A stretch of 64,000 bases of DNA from Camelus ferus (Eukaryota): NCBI RefSeq assembly GCF_009834535.1, contig NC_045696.1:26104001-26168000 (forward strand). Reading direction: 5' to 3'. A program made the position numbers and the translations under genes. Positions 11,796 to 24,500 of this stretch are shown here, piece after piece. Under the pieces are notes generated by a model. The model saw only the letters and a program-made list of their open reading frames with translations. It ran no database searches and was not told where the DNA came from. Every line of letters begins with the position of its first letter. Positions within the stretch are counted from its first letter, which is position 1.

Positions 11796-14700
11796 TAAAA
11801 ATAGTGTACATTTTAAAAAGAAAACAATTGGTTACTAAGAGGTCATGCCATAAATGATCATTATAGCTGAACAGAAGTAGTAAGAATTTAAATGATGACG
11901 AAAAGATAGATGAGAGTAGGCAGAACTTAGTATTCAAAATTGGCAAAATAAAGAGCAGCAACAAAAAGGGATGATTACACGCTAGCTGCTGTTCTTTGAC
12001 AAATAAACCCTTATTTGCTGAAAGTTTACCTTAGCATTTCAGCAGCTGACAGTAATAAAAGGAGTAAGAGATGTGAAAAATTACATGCCATTTCACAATC
12101 ACTTCCATGCTTTGTCTGTTTGTTCTATTGTGATGGTTCAGATGGTTCCATCTGACCCTAACCTCTAGCTGTTCCAGCCTCAGAACCAATATTTATTGCC
12201 ACATATGGGCTATGCATGGCAGCTGCAGAATCCAGATGCCAAGCTTTGGAATGTATTTTTACGGCAGCACCATCTGGGGCTCTGGCCAGCCTTCTTTATT
12301 GTCTCTTGGATGTTTACACTAATAGCTTTGCTGGGCCATGGTACTACCTGTGGGACATGCTAAGGGTCAGGCTGTTTATGAGATCCTCTTGTCATTCTGG
12401 TAGAATTTCCCTTTAAACGACTCTCACGTGCGATCAGCTTATTCCTCTTAATGTATCTGGAGTGTCCTAAAGAAGTAATAAAACAGGTCGTCCTTGCGAC
12501 CAGGAAAGATGAGGGTGGTTCTCACAGCACTGGGTTAGGATATCTTTCATGGATTCACAGCAGCCCGTTTGTAGACTTACGGGAAAACGTGAACACTCTT
12601 CTGATTTATCGAATATGTTGTTTAATACATGTCATTGAAATGTAACACATACTTTACTGTAGCTCTTTATCCAACTTATTGAGATAGCATCTTCATCTCT
12701 GATTAAGGTGATAATACTCCACAGCACAGCTAAACTATTTCTCAGCCATCAGTGGACTGAGTCATTTGAAGAGTCACTTGCCACTTAGGATGGGTAAAAT
12801 GGCCATTCCAGATCCTTAGAACTGTGATTTAAGAAATTCCTTGAAGGTGAACCAAGTTGATTCACTGTTTTGAACTGCAGTAAACGCATCATTTGAAATG
12901 AAGCGATGCAGCGTAAAGAAGATTCAGCTCAAACAGTAATTTGTGTTGTATCTGGCCAGAGGAATTGGTTCTGGGAGTTTAGATGACTTACCCAAGGTCA
13001 CACAGGCCATAGATTCAGAGCGGAGGTGAAGATGCAGTTTGTGCAATTATTTAATGACAGTACAACTGACAGGAGAGTCAATCACAATAATCGGGTCCCT
13101 GAAATGATTAAATGACCTAATAATTGTGCACCGTCCCCTTCACTTTCACCGCTCTGACACTCGTGCTGCCCCAGTGGGTAAGCTCGAGCTTAGCGGTGGC
13201 TTTGTGGGTAGAGGACGTGGAGCAACGCTACAGCCAAGCAGGGACATGAAGGAAACTGCATTGGTTTGACTCCTGGTGTCTGGGCTTCATGGGAATTTCA
13301 CTGAGAGGCTGCCAACCTAGAGTTAGTGTGGAATGAGGCCCTCCCTGGCTCATGGTTTCTAATTGACTTGTCATGTATCTGAGGAGGTATTTCTGGACAG
13401 AGAGAGAGTATGGGAAAGCAATTTAGTTTGAGATCTGCCTCTGCTTTCTTTATCTGCAGCAGAAATGAGGTGCTTCATTTTAAATAAAGCCAGGTAGGGA
13501 GACAGAGAAAGGACTCTCATCCTTGCCTGTGCCCGGATGGCGAGTGTGTGCTTGGGGAATGTCCAGGAGGTTCACAGAAGCAGCCCTACAAGTTATGTGG
13601 CCACTTAAGAAAACAGCGACAATTGGATCCAAGAGAAGGATGATATTCTCTCCAAAGACACTGTAAATAGGAATGAGCTGTCAAAAGCTTTTCTGTAGAC
13701 TGAGAATAGACCTTTTTAAATGATATTTAGTCTTGGAAAGAGTAAGACATATTGCTATACTGTGTTGTCAGTTCTCTAAGGAAATGGCATAAAAGGGAGC
13801 TTTTATTGTGGCTTTAATCCGTTGTTCTAGAGATTCTCTGCTTTACTATATAAGGATATATTTTAATCAGGAGTCATGACAATATTACTGTTTATATTAT
13901 CAGTGGTGAAATGCTAAGATATACAGGCATATATATGCCTGTGTGCATATTTGTGTGCATTTAAAAAAAATACTTGGTTTATTACTTTGTTGGAAAAAAG
14001 TCAGTGCAACTACTGCAAAACTTCTGGTTGCTCTGTTGTAGAGGGAATGCATTTCAGATTTTATCTTTTGTGTGAATGAGATGGGGAAAAGTTTATACTA
14101 CTCTGAAATATCCTTATACAGATTGACACATTCTCAGGCCTTCTGAAAAATAGTGGCTTACAGCTGCCCATCTAGTAATTTTCTCCACTTCAATTTTGTA
14201 CGTTCTTTTGCTTGTTGGAAAATAAATATTTCACAAAACTGTTATGGTTGGGAACAAATGCATCCCCCACTCCGTCGTTTCATAACAGTAGCTGGAGGAT
14301 ATGTTTGAGATGAAGAGCAAACAAACAGATGTTCTCAAGTGAAGCAGTAAGTTACACATGGTAGATAATGTCCAGTGATTGGAAACCACATCAGAGGATG
14401 CTGCTACTTTGGCTTTGTCTTGAAATCTGTGTTTTGAAAATTGAAAAATGGTAACATTGCAGTGCTTTATTAAATTGCTAAAGATGTGCAAGAGGTGAAG
14501 AAAGTAATGAGTTCATGATCAATTGGAACCAGATTTTTGTTTTGCAAAGTACTCACCAAAGGGTACTTGTGCTGATAGGTGTACCGGGAGTTGTGCCCTC
14601 ACAACAAGAGAGTGTTCTCTCCATACAAGTCCTTGGATGGCCCTAGGTTATGTATCTTTGTGAGTAATGGATTACTAGTGAAGAAACTCTTGGAGGTTCT

Positions 14701-14989
14701 TCTGAAGGGGCTAGCTTCACGTTGAATCTGGAAGTGGGGAGCAAGCATACCTCTCCTGTACCCACATAAAGAATCCAAAAAATGTATCACAAAAAACTTC
14801 CCAGAAAAAGCATTTTAAAAAATCCTCAAAAGCTACTTGAGAAGTCATGCATATTTTAAACATTGTCATTTAGCATCATAAATCAAAGTTGGAATATCAC
14901 AAAATAGGCAAGTGATGCAGTATCTTTGAGATAGCAGATGACTTTGATGATGATAATGATGATGGTGGTGGTAAATATGATGAAGATGA

Positions 14990-15125
14990 TGATAACTAAC
15001 CTTGCTATGAACTGAGTGCTATTACAAATAATTTCATAATTAGTTCATTGAATCCCCACAACGGTTCTATGTTATCCCCCTTTTACATCTGAAAAACCTG
15101 GACCCAATGTTTCAATAGATTGTTC
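14990..15125 (-). mobile_element. MIR fragment abutting or interrupted by the young L1
   Basis: tcattgaatcccccacaacggttctatgttatccccctttacatctgaaaaacctggaccca resembles antisense MIR. Confidence 0.55.
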
Positions 15126-15132
15126 AAGATTC

Positions 15133-16958
15133 TTTTTTTTTTTTAACATTTTTTATTGATTTATAATCATTTTACAATGTTGTGTCAAATTCCAGTGTTC
15201 AGCACAATTTTTCAGTTATTCATGGACATATACACACTCATTGTCACATTTTTTTCTCTGTGAGTTATCATAACATTTTGTGTATATTTCCCTGTGCTAT
15301 ATACAGTGTAGTCTATTCTACAATTTTGAAATCCCAGTCTATCCCTTCCTACCCTCCACCCCCCTGGTAACCACAAGTCTGTATTCTCTGTCTGTGAGTC
15401 TGTTTCTGTCCTTTATTTACACTTTGTTTTTGTTTGTTTGTTTTTGTTTTTGTTTTTGTTTTTTAGATTCCACATATGAGCGATCTCATATGGTATTTTT
15501 CTTTCTCTTTCTGGCTTACTTCGCTTAGAATGACATTCTCCAGGAGCATCCATGTTGCTGCAAATGGCATTATGTTGTCGGTTTTTATGGCTGAGTAGTA
15601 TTCCATTGTATAAATATACCACATGTTCTTTATCTAGTCACCTGTTGATGGACATTTAGGCTGTTTCCATGTTCTGGCTATTGTAAATAGTGCTGCTATG
15701 AACATTGGGGTGCAGGTGTCATCCTGAAGTAGATTTCCTTCTGGATACAAGCCCAGGAGTGGGATTCCTGGGTCATATGGTAAGTCTATTCCTAGTCTTT
15801 TGAGGAATCTCCACACTGTTTTCCATAGTGGCTGCACCAAACTGCATTCCCACCGGCAGTGTAGGAGGGTTCCCCTTTCTCCACAGCCTCTCCAGCATTT
15901 GTCATTTGTGGATTTTTGAATGACGGCCATTCTGACTGGTGTGAGGTGATACCTCATTGTAGTTTTGATTTGCATTTCTCTGATAATTAGTGATATTGAG
16001 CATTTTTTCATGTGCTTTTTGATCATTTGTATGTCTTCTTTGGAGAATTGCTTGTTTAGGTCTTCTGCCCATTTTTGGATTGGGTTGTTTATTTTTTTCT
16101 TATTGAGTCGTATGAGCTGCTTATATATTCTGGAGATCAAGCCTTTGTCGGTTTCACTTGCAAAAATTTTCTCCCATTCCGTAGGTTTTCTTCTTGTTTT
16201 ATTTCTGGTTTCCTTTGCTGTGCAGAAGCTTGTAAGTTTCATTAGGTCCCATTTGTTTATTCTTGCTTTTATTTCTTCTAGGAGAAAATTTTTGAAATGT
16301 ATGTCAGATAATGTTTTGCCTATGTTTTCCTCTAGGAGGTTTATTGTATCTTGTCTTATGTTTAAGTCTTTAATCCATTTTGAGTTGATTTTTGTATATG
16401 GTGTAAGGGAGTGTTCTAGCTTCATTGTTTTACATGCTGCTGTCCAGTTTTCCCAACACCATTTGCTGAAGAGACTGTCTTTATTCCATTGTATATTCTT
16501 GCCTCCTTTGTCGAAGATGAGTTGACCAAAAGTTGGTGGGTTCATTTCTGGGCTCTCTATTCTGTTCCATTGGTCTATATGTCTGTTTTGGTACCAATAC
16601 CATGCTGTCTTGATGACTGTAGCTCTATAGTATTGTCTGAAGTCTGGGAGAGTTATTCCTCCAGCCTCTTTCTTTCTCTTCAGTAATGCTTTGGCAATTC
16701 TAGGTCTTTGATGGTTCCATATGAATTTTATTATGATTTGTTCTAGTTCTGTGAAATATGTCCTGGGTAATTGGATAGGGATTGCATTAAATCTGTAGAT
16801 TGCCTTGGGCAGTGTGACCATTTTAACAATATTGATTCTTCCAATCCAAGAGTGTGGAATATCTTTCCATTTTTTAAAGACTTCTTTAATTTCCTTCATC
16901 AATGGTTTATAGTTTTCTGTGTATAATTCTTTCACCTCCTTGGTTAGATTTATTCCCA
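15133..16958 (-). mobile_element. Young lineage-specific LINE-1, 5'-truncated (about 1.8 kb)
   Basis: Poly-T tail at 15133-15144; TSD aagattctttttt starting at 15126 and at 16959; uninterrupted ORF2 reading frame. Confidence 0.96.
15634..16958 (-). pseudogene. LINE-1 ORF2p C-terminal fragment (end of RT region to CCHC knuckle; no endonuclease or RT catalytic core)
   Basis: [46 protein letters not shown] and [18 protein letters not shown] motifs in the 463-aa ORF. Confidence 0.95.
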
Positions 16959-17347
16959 AAGATTCTTTTTTCTGTGTTGTAGTGGATCTCAGTGGAACAA
17001 GCTGCAAAATGATTTGTAGGATCATTTGATTAGGTATTGAGATTTAAAATCCTGAATTACAGTAGAGGTAGAAAAATGCCCCATTCCAAACAGATGTGTA
17101 CCTTGAAATAAATAAAGCTACATTTTAAGCCATTTACCTGCCATTTTTAAATTTAGATTTTCTAAAATATCAAATTCACTGTTTACAACCAAGGAGGAGT
17201 ACAGCCATGAATAAGTAGTTATAAAAATAGAGAATGTTTATTTTTGTTTGTTTACAGATCCTAGTCTAGACTAAACTAGAAGTTTAAAGATCCAGGGATC
17301 AATTTCAGGTTTCAGCTTTACTAGTGAATCTCTGATGTGGACTTTTT

Positions 17348-17478
17348 AAGTTTTTTTTGAGGCGGGGGGAGGTAATTAGGTTTATTTATTTATTTTTTGA
17401 TGGAAGTGCTGGAGATTGAACCCAGGACCTCATGCCTGCTAAGTACACACTCTACTGCTGAGCTTTATCTTCCCCACT
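17348..17478 (-). mobile_element. tRNA-derived SINE, camelid vic-1-like
   Basis: Sense ggggaagataaagctcagcagtagagtgtgtacttagcaggcatgaggtcctgggttcaatctccagcac (A/B-box tRNA head), aaataaacctaattacctcccccc tail; perfect 15-bp TSD tgatgtggacttttt at 17333-17347 and 17479-17493. Confidence 0.88.
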
Positions 17479-18289
17479 TGATGTGGACTTTTTGATTGTT
17501 CATTGTTGGTCATGTCCATCCTCAGTTTTTTTTTCACACCAAAACTGATTTTGTAGCAACTGCCATTTCACATGAACTTCTAGAAATTTTTTTTTCCTTT
17601 CTTCTTGTGTACGTTTGGAGAAAAGTTGTAATTTCCCTCCATATTTATTCTGCTTTACTCAGATTTATTCTCTGCTGTCAAACGAATATTAAATTTACAT
17701 TTTTATGATTTTTCCCCACGTTGAAAAAGACCTTTTGTCTGCTAGGAAGAGTATCCTTCAGTTTCTCAACTTAATCCTTCTAGAGGATTCAATGCTGTTT
17801 TGTTTTTGCCATGATCTTTCATTACCATTCATAGTCTTCTAGAATCCTAGGTTTACACTATGGTTATTTCTAGTGTATAGTTGGGCCTATAGTAAGACAA
17901 AGACTTTTCTCTCTTATTTTTGCTCCCTTTAACATTCTCTGTTTATTTGATAACTCTATTAGTCATTGTGTTACTTCTGACAAGTCTGAATAGAGAGTTG
18001 CCTTCCCATTGAACTGTTAAATAGAGAGTATAGGTCAGATACTATATTTTAACATTTTAAAAATCAAAGTGGCATAAAAGACAGATTATTACTTCAGGTA
18101 TACCACTTATAAAATCTCTTATTCCTGTTCCTTCAGAAATACCTTGAACACTTAGAAAATTGTCTAGACTCATGATTGCCCATTTTACTACTTAAGTAGT
18201 GAATTTGGTTACTTTTGATGTAACTGGAATAAGAATTCCTTAAATAATTATCATAACTCAAAAACCAATTTCTTTTAATGTACTTCAAA

Positions 18290-18490
18290 AGATTCATTTA
18301 TATTATCTGATTCATCTTTACATCCCATGACATAAAAGAGGGGCAGGCATTATGTTCTCTCCATTTACCAGTTGTTGAAGAATCTGAGAGGGAAATAGAG
18401 CCACTTGTCTACGGTCACACAGTATGTGAGTTGCAGGAGAAGCAGAAGATGCTATGTGCGCTCCCTGTCAGTCCATCCTTCTTTCCATTA
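18290..18490 (-). mobile_element. MIR SINE fragment (degenerate)
   Basis: tctgattcatctttacatcccatga...ggcattatgttctctccatttacc...acttgtctacggtcacacagtatgtgagttgcag. Confidence 0.55.
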
Positions 18491-19535
18491 GTCCCTATTG
18501 TCCTTATTCCTTAAGGTGTAGGCCATTAGGGAATTGATCTTGGGGTTGGGGGGGAGCATCTTTTTAAAAATCGGATGCATTTTGCAAGTTTATGTGCTTT
18601 GATACAATTTTAATAAGTGTATCATTGCCTGCTCTTTTATGAGAGATGATATAAAAGTGAAAAAATACACTTACAGAAATGAAATGAAAATAATAAATAA
18701 AGCCCTCTTCCATTTCCATTATTCTAAGTCATGCTCCTTGAGACTTCAATCTCAATATGATGTTAATAGAACCATTAGATATGATTCATACCATACATAA
18801 GACACTTCTATTGACAATTCCATCTTGACCAGGGGTCAATGGATCCATTACAATGCAAATCTTACTGTATACTTTCCATCTAAATCAAAAGAATTCGGTC
18901 TTGTGTCCACTCTAATATGCTTCATGAACTAGAGTCCAATCTCAGATGTGAAGTACACATCTGTGTTTCTCATACTAAATCATGCCTGTGTCTATTTGCT
19001 CTCGGTTTAAAAGGTAATTAATTAAGTTTTGCATTGATAGACTACTTTGGAGTACTGAAAAAAAATGCATAAGATTTCTGGGAATCCAAGTTTGCGCTTT
19101 TAATACATACCAAACCACAAGAAAAAATCATTCATGGATATGTATCTCAATATTATATAAAGCTATTCTCCAAATTCTGTAAGAGATGCAGAATCAAAAA
19201 TTTTCACCCAGCCCCAGCCTTATACAGTATAAGAAATAAACTGAGGTTTTAACAAGTTTTTTCAGAAAAGTTGAAGAATACCTCATTAAGCATAGCAGCT
19301 CTTTAAACTCTCTCTTTTTCCTTAGGCTATTTATTTCTAAGCTGTTCTGTCTTTGTCTATTTTTCCCATTGATCTTGGGCATCCCTCAGAATCCTGCTCT
19401 ACTCAGCACCCCAGAAAACATAGAATCTGAAACCTTACCTTGATATGTAGTCACTGAGCCTATTCCTCGCACCATTTAAGCTTCAGAGCTGTACTGACCT
19501 ACAGTATTCCTTCTCTTTTTTCTTAAAAAAAATAA

Positions 19536-20300
19536 CTTTTTTAATTGTGTAAATTAACATATGAGATCACTTTAGTTTCAGGTATATAACATAATGATTT
19601 GATATTTGTATATACTGTGAAATGATCACCACAATAAGTCTAGTTAACTTTTGTCACCATACATAGACATTTTTTTTTCCCTTGGAATGAGTGCTTTTAA
19701 GACCTACCCTCTTAGCAACTTTCAGATATGCAGTATGGCATTGGTAACTACAGTCACCCTCTGTACATTACATCTCCATGGCTTATTTATATTATAACTG
19801 GGAGTTTGTACCTTTTGACCCCCTTAACCCATTTCATCCACCCCCATCCCCTGCCTCTGGCAGCCACCAATCTGTTCTCTCTATGAGTTTGTTTGTTTTT
19901 AGTTCCGCATAGAAGTGAGATCATGTGGTGTTTGTCTTTCTCTGTCTGACCTATTTCATTTAGCGTAATGTCCTCAAGATCTGTCCATGTTGTCACGTTG
20001 TAGCAAATGGCATGATTTCCTTCATTTTTATGGCTGAATAATATTTGATTGAGTTTGTATACCACTTTGTCTTTATCCATTCACCCATTGCTGGACACTT
20101 GAATTCTTTCCATGTCTTGGCTATTGTAAATAATGCTGCAATGAACATAGGGGTGCATATGTCTTTTTGAGTTAGTGTTTCTGTTTTCTTCCAATAAATA
20201 TGCAGTGGAATTCCTGGATCATATGGTTCTATTTTCAATTTTTGAGGAATCTCCATACTGTTTTCCATAGTGGCTGCACCAATTTACATTCCCACCAACA
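19536..20300 (-). mobile_element. Older LINE-1 3' end (L1MA-type)
   Basis: gatatttgtatatactgtgaaatgatcaccacaataagtctagttaac 3' UTR; frameshifted ORF2 tail ([22 protein letters not shown]). Confidence 0.9.
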
Positions 20301-20310
20301 AAGCATATCT

Positions 20311-21119
20311 TTTTTTTTTAACATTTTTTATTGATCTATAATCATTTTACAATGTTGTGTCAAATTCCAGTGTTCAGCACAATTTTTCAGTCATACATGG
20401 ACATATACACACTCATTGTCACATTTTTTTCTCTGTGAGCTACCATAACGTTTTGTGTATATTTCCCTGTGCTATACAGTATAATCTTGTTTATGTATTC
20501 TACAATTTTGAAATCCCAGTCTATCCCTTCCCACCCTCTGCCCGCCTGGCAACCACAAGTCTGTATTCTCTGTCTATGAGTCTATTTCTGTCCTGTATTT
20601 ATGCTTTGTTTTTGTTTGTTTGTTTGTTTCTTTCTTTTTAGATTCCACATATGAGCGATCTCATATGGTATTTTCTTTCTCTTTCTGGCTTACGTCGCTT
20701 AGAATGACATTCTTCTGGAGCATCCATGTTGCTGCAAATGGTGTTATGTTGTTGTTTTTTATGGCTGAGTAGTATTCCATTGTATAAATATACCACATGT
20801 TCTTTATCTAGTCACCTGTTGATGGACATTTAGGCTGTTTCCATGTTCTGGCTATTGTAAATAGTGCTGCTATGAACATTGGGGTGCAGGTGTCATCCTG
20901 AAGTAGGGTTCCTTCTGGATACAAGCCCAGGAGTGGGATTCCTGGGTCATATGGTAAGTCTATTCCTAGTCTTTTGAGGAATCTCCACACTATTTTCCAT
21001 AGTGGCTGCACCAAACTGCATTCCCACCAGCAGTGTAGGAGGGTTCCCCTTTCTCCACAGCCTCTCCAGCATTTGTCATTTGTGGATTTTTGAATGACGG
21101 CCATTCTGACTGGTGTGAG
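20311..21119 (-). mobile_element. Young LINE-1, 5'-truncated (about 0.8 kb)
   Basis: High identity to the 15133 copy; TSD gcatatctttt at 20303-20313 and 21120-21130; ORF2 tail with [18 protein letters not shown]. Confidence 0.95.
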
Positions 21120-21329
21120 GCATATCTTTTCTTAACTGTATTACTTTTCTTCTTGAGTTGAACTGCTACTTCTCCCCCTTTCTGTTTCCTGTGAGCGCTT
21201 CCTGTTTTAAAGTAGCAGAAAAGTGGTTGAGCAAGATCACGCATAAAGACCTTCCTTCCCCTAGGATCCCATGACTTCATAGCACCACTGTGGATCTCAT
21301 GGCTCCCTCTACCTATCTTAGAAGGTTGG

Positions 21330-21500
21330 ATGGCACTGAACTTTGAGCCAGGCAGAGGTGTCTCTAAACACCTGTCCTACCTCTTCTCACTGTGTGATCT
21401 TGGGCATTACCCTTAATCTTGTCCAGTCTTCAGTTTTTTCAATCTCTAAAATAGTGACAATAATTACTGACATCAGAGGATTGTTGCACGAAGTAAATGA
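21330..21500 (+). mobile_element. MIR SINE
   Basis: actttgagccaggcag...ctgtgtgatcttgggcattacccttaatctt...cagttttttcaatctctaaaatagtgacaataa. Confidence 0.8.
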
Positions 21501-24500
21501 AGTGGTACTTCTTCACTTTTATTTACCATTCCCCACTCTGCCCAATACCCAGTTTTTATGATAAATGCTTGTTTTTTAAGTGTACTACCAGCCAGTCATG
21601 GCCACAAACTGATGAACTTTTCCAATGTTTATTCTCTTTCAGAAGTGTTTGCTTCTTGTTGGTTGCCAAGTGCTATATATATATATATTTTTTTTTTCTT
21701 TCAGATATGAAACTGACTCTCTGAATCACAGAGCTTTAATTTTTTGTGCAAAAGCACTGAAACATAAAAAGTTCAGAGAGTACACAATAAAACTAACAAT
21801 TGAATTTACACTAAAAGCATCTGTTTTGTACGCTGGTCCAAATGTGTCCCAGGACTACTAGTTTCAAAGCTTCTCTCCACACATATGCAGTAGTGGGATA
21901 ATTGGTTGCTGTAGTGCTGACATTCTTAATTTGTAAGTGGACAGTGTCAAAAATGCAAAGTACAGTATTCTAGGAAGTTTTCTTTAGCAAGACATCTATT
22001 GGGCATCCAAGGGAAACTCAACAAAAATAAATAAGATAAATTAATGTGTTGAAGTTTCATCTCCCCAGGTTCTGACCTGCTTCACCTGCACGTTAGTTAC
22101 TCTATAGGGCATATTCCATCACTCTGGAAAAGATATATAAAAATTTGGGTGTTTATTAGTGGGTTGGCCTGCCTATGGAAGAATAGTCTAGTGTGGAAAT
22201 GATGGGTCACAGTATTGGGCCAAAATGAACAATAATAAATAAAACAGTTTATTTGTAAGTGGGGCTGATCCCTCTTGCTCATGCATTAGTGTCTAGCGAC
22301 AGGAGGTAGTAATTTATTGATGCAGATGGCTATGTAAAGTGCATGCAATTTGTGAGGGGGCTTGACCCTTGACTGATGGGCCATATGTTGTAAAGCCCTG
22401 GGGATGTCATTTGCCTCAGCTCTCTTCCTCTCTGTCTCTACACCTATGGTCCTTGTTCAGTCACTACATATTGAACGATAGACTTACTAACTCCTCCAAT
22501 AAATCTCCACCTAATGGCTCACAAAGGCCATAACTTAACCCTTTCTACACAACAGAGAACATTATTTTGCATCATGATCATACTCAGTGAAATAAAAGAT
22601 AAATATTATATGACTTGCATGGACTATGAGAGCAAGTTGTTGTAAAATGTCATTCCCTGCTGGGTATTCACTGTATTTCAATGCAGTAGAGTTGTTTTGA
22701 GCTTGCTGAATTATATCATTATTCTACCATGTTATAATTACAGCTTACTCTGTAATAACAATTCTTAAATACTGTTAATACAGCACACTAGAGAAACATT
22801 TAGTGTTTTTTAATTAGCTTCTTTTGTCTGGGTATTCTTTTTTTCTAATAAAATATGGAACCTATGCTCAATGAAAAAAATGCATGTATTTTAATTCCCA
22901 CAAAGAAGCAAATTTTTAAAAAATATTAGGGCACTTGTATGGAATAATGGGGGGAAGTACAGAGTACGTTTTAAACACTTAGTGTACTCCAGTTTTCAAC
23001 AGAGTCAGTTCTAGAAGAATGGCTTCACACCATGAGAGTATTAACTCTCAACTGCAGCACTGGGATCTTCTCAGATGTACTTTTTCAGAGGTCTATAGGC
23101 CACCTTGGGGGGAGGAGGGAAAATGACAGTAAGACTAGAAAATGTTCCTGCTTATGTATTGTGTTCCTGTAATTTTTACTCATCAAACAAAGTAAAACTG
23201 AAGAAACACTATTTAATGACATGCTTGTTGGCACAATTCGCCTAATTTTAGGAAAGCCAGTGAGTTGACACAGGCTTATGCCCATCACTTGAAGAAGGGA
23301 GGAGAAAGAATCTTCCCTAGAATTCTGAGAGAACATCACTGCAGGCAACAAGCATACATTCTTTGCTAATCCAAATCTAAAGTAGCATTTTTCATATTCA
23401 CTTTATTTGTCCTCTTTTGGATACAGCTCTGGACAGATTTGACAACACTGAAAAGAGGCCAGAGATGTGTAGGAAGAATGAAAGGAGCTATATATCCTTG
23501 ACTGGACCCCCTAGGTTTCCCCAGGGTGCCCATGTATAGAAATAGTACTAAGAGATGGGTACCTCTAGCTATATTTTGTGCTTATAATAATAGGCTTCTC
23601 ATAAAACAAGTCCTCTGCCAGATAGCTTGCTACCACAGTGTTCATGCTGTATGCATGATACAGTTAAATAATAGTTCTATTATATATTAGATAGGTATAT
23701 AACTTTTTCATTTTTACCAGATTTGGTTTTGTTTTCTCTTATTGGTATGAAAAGAAGATTTCTGTATTTTTTTCTTCTTCTAACTAATTAATAGTTTTTT
23801 CATACTACAATGGAAATCCAGAGCTCTAGGCCAATTAGAAGACAGATGAGAGGAAAATTGACATACACCTACATTACATGACACTTTTTCATTTTTGAGT
23901 CACTGGGCTTATCAACACGGACAAGTGATGTAGAAAAAATATTAAAATATACAGAAAAGAAGTCATTGTCTTCTGTCCTAAACCCAGTAGACTTAGAGGA
24001 TACAAGGCAGTCAGAACGCAAATCAGCATAAATAAACCATGCATCCACGATTGAATTTCAATAATTTAAACATAAATCCTCTAGGCTTTTACATCTTTTT
24101 TTCACATGGGCTTTTCTTTTGGATTTTGTCACTCCTAGCATTCATTTTAGAATTCATTTGCAAGTCACAATATATAGGGTGCCTAGAAACCTCTAAGAAA
24201 CAATCCCCTTTGAGGTTATTGTCCAGTAATTTAAGGAATGCTAATGAAAACAAGGTTGGCAAAGGGTTTTCCAATATAGAGGGTCAATATATCTGCCTGT
24301 AAATGGGACCAACATTTTAAAGCAGAAATGACCAACTTTCCTATGTGTAGTAATGCACAAGGGATGATGATCTATAATATACATTTCTGAGATTAATAGC
24401 AAGCAAGCATCAATCACCAATATTTTGGTTTCTGTGTGTTAGAAAAAGTCTTGCTAGTTTTCACAAAATGTGTTGGCAGAAGAGCTTTTCTCTGACCTGG

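Noticed and set aside
12138..12155. Hairpin tcagatgg-tt-ccatctga
   Set aside because: An 8-bp stem is expected by chance in 64 kb.
14231..14790. Minus-strand ORFs and a donor-like gtgagtac near 14550
   Set aside because: No recognisable protein and no consistent open exon; may be unique regulatory DNA but unsupported.
15965..16686. Plus-strand ORFs of 186 aa and 65 aa, and similar ones at 27944-28375 and 60322-61320
   Set aside because: Antisense shadows of L1 ORF2; they lie wholly within L1 copies.
17400..17475. tRNA-like sequence as a real tRNA gene
   Set aside because: Degenerate stems, SINE tail and a 15-bp TSD show it is a retroposed SINE.
8564..20641. Three paralogous MSNSSVQHNFSVIHG ORFs (8564, 15182, 20357) resembling a small gene family
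   Set aside because: They are antisense reads of the same L1 3' UTR, start at GTG and diverge in frame.
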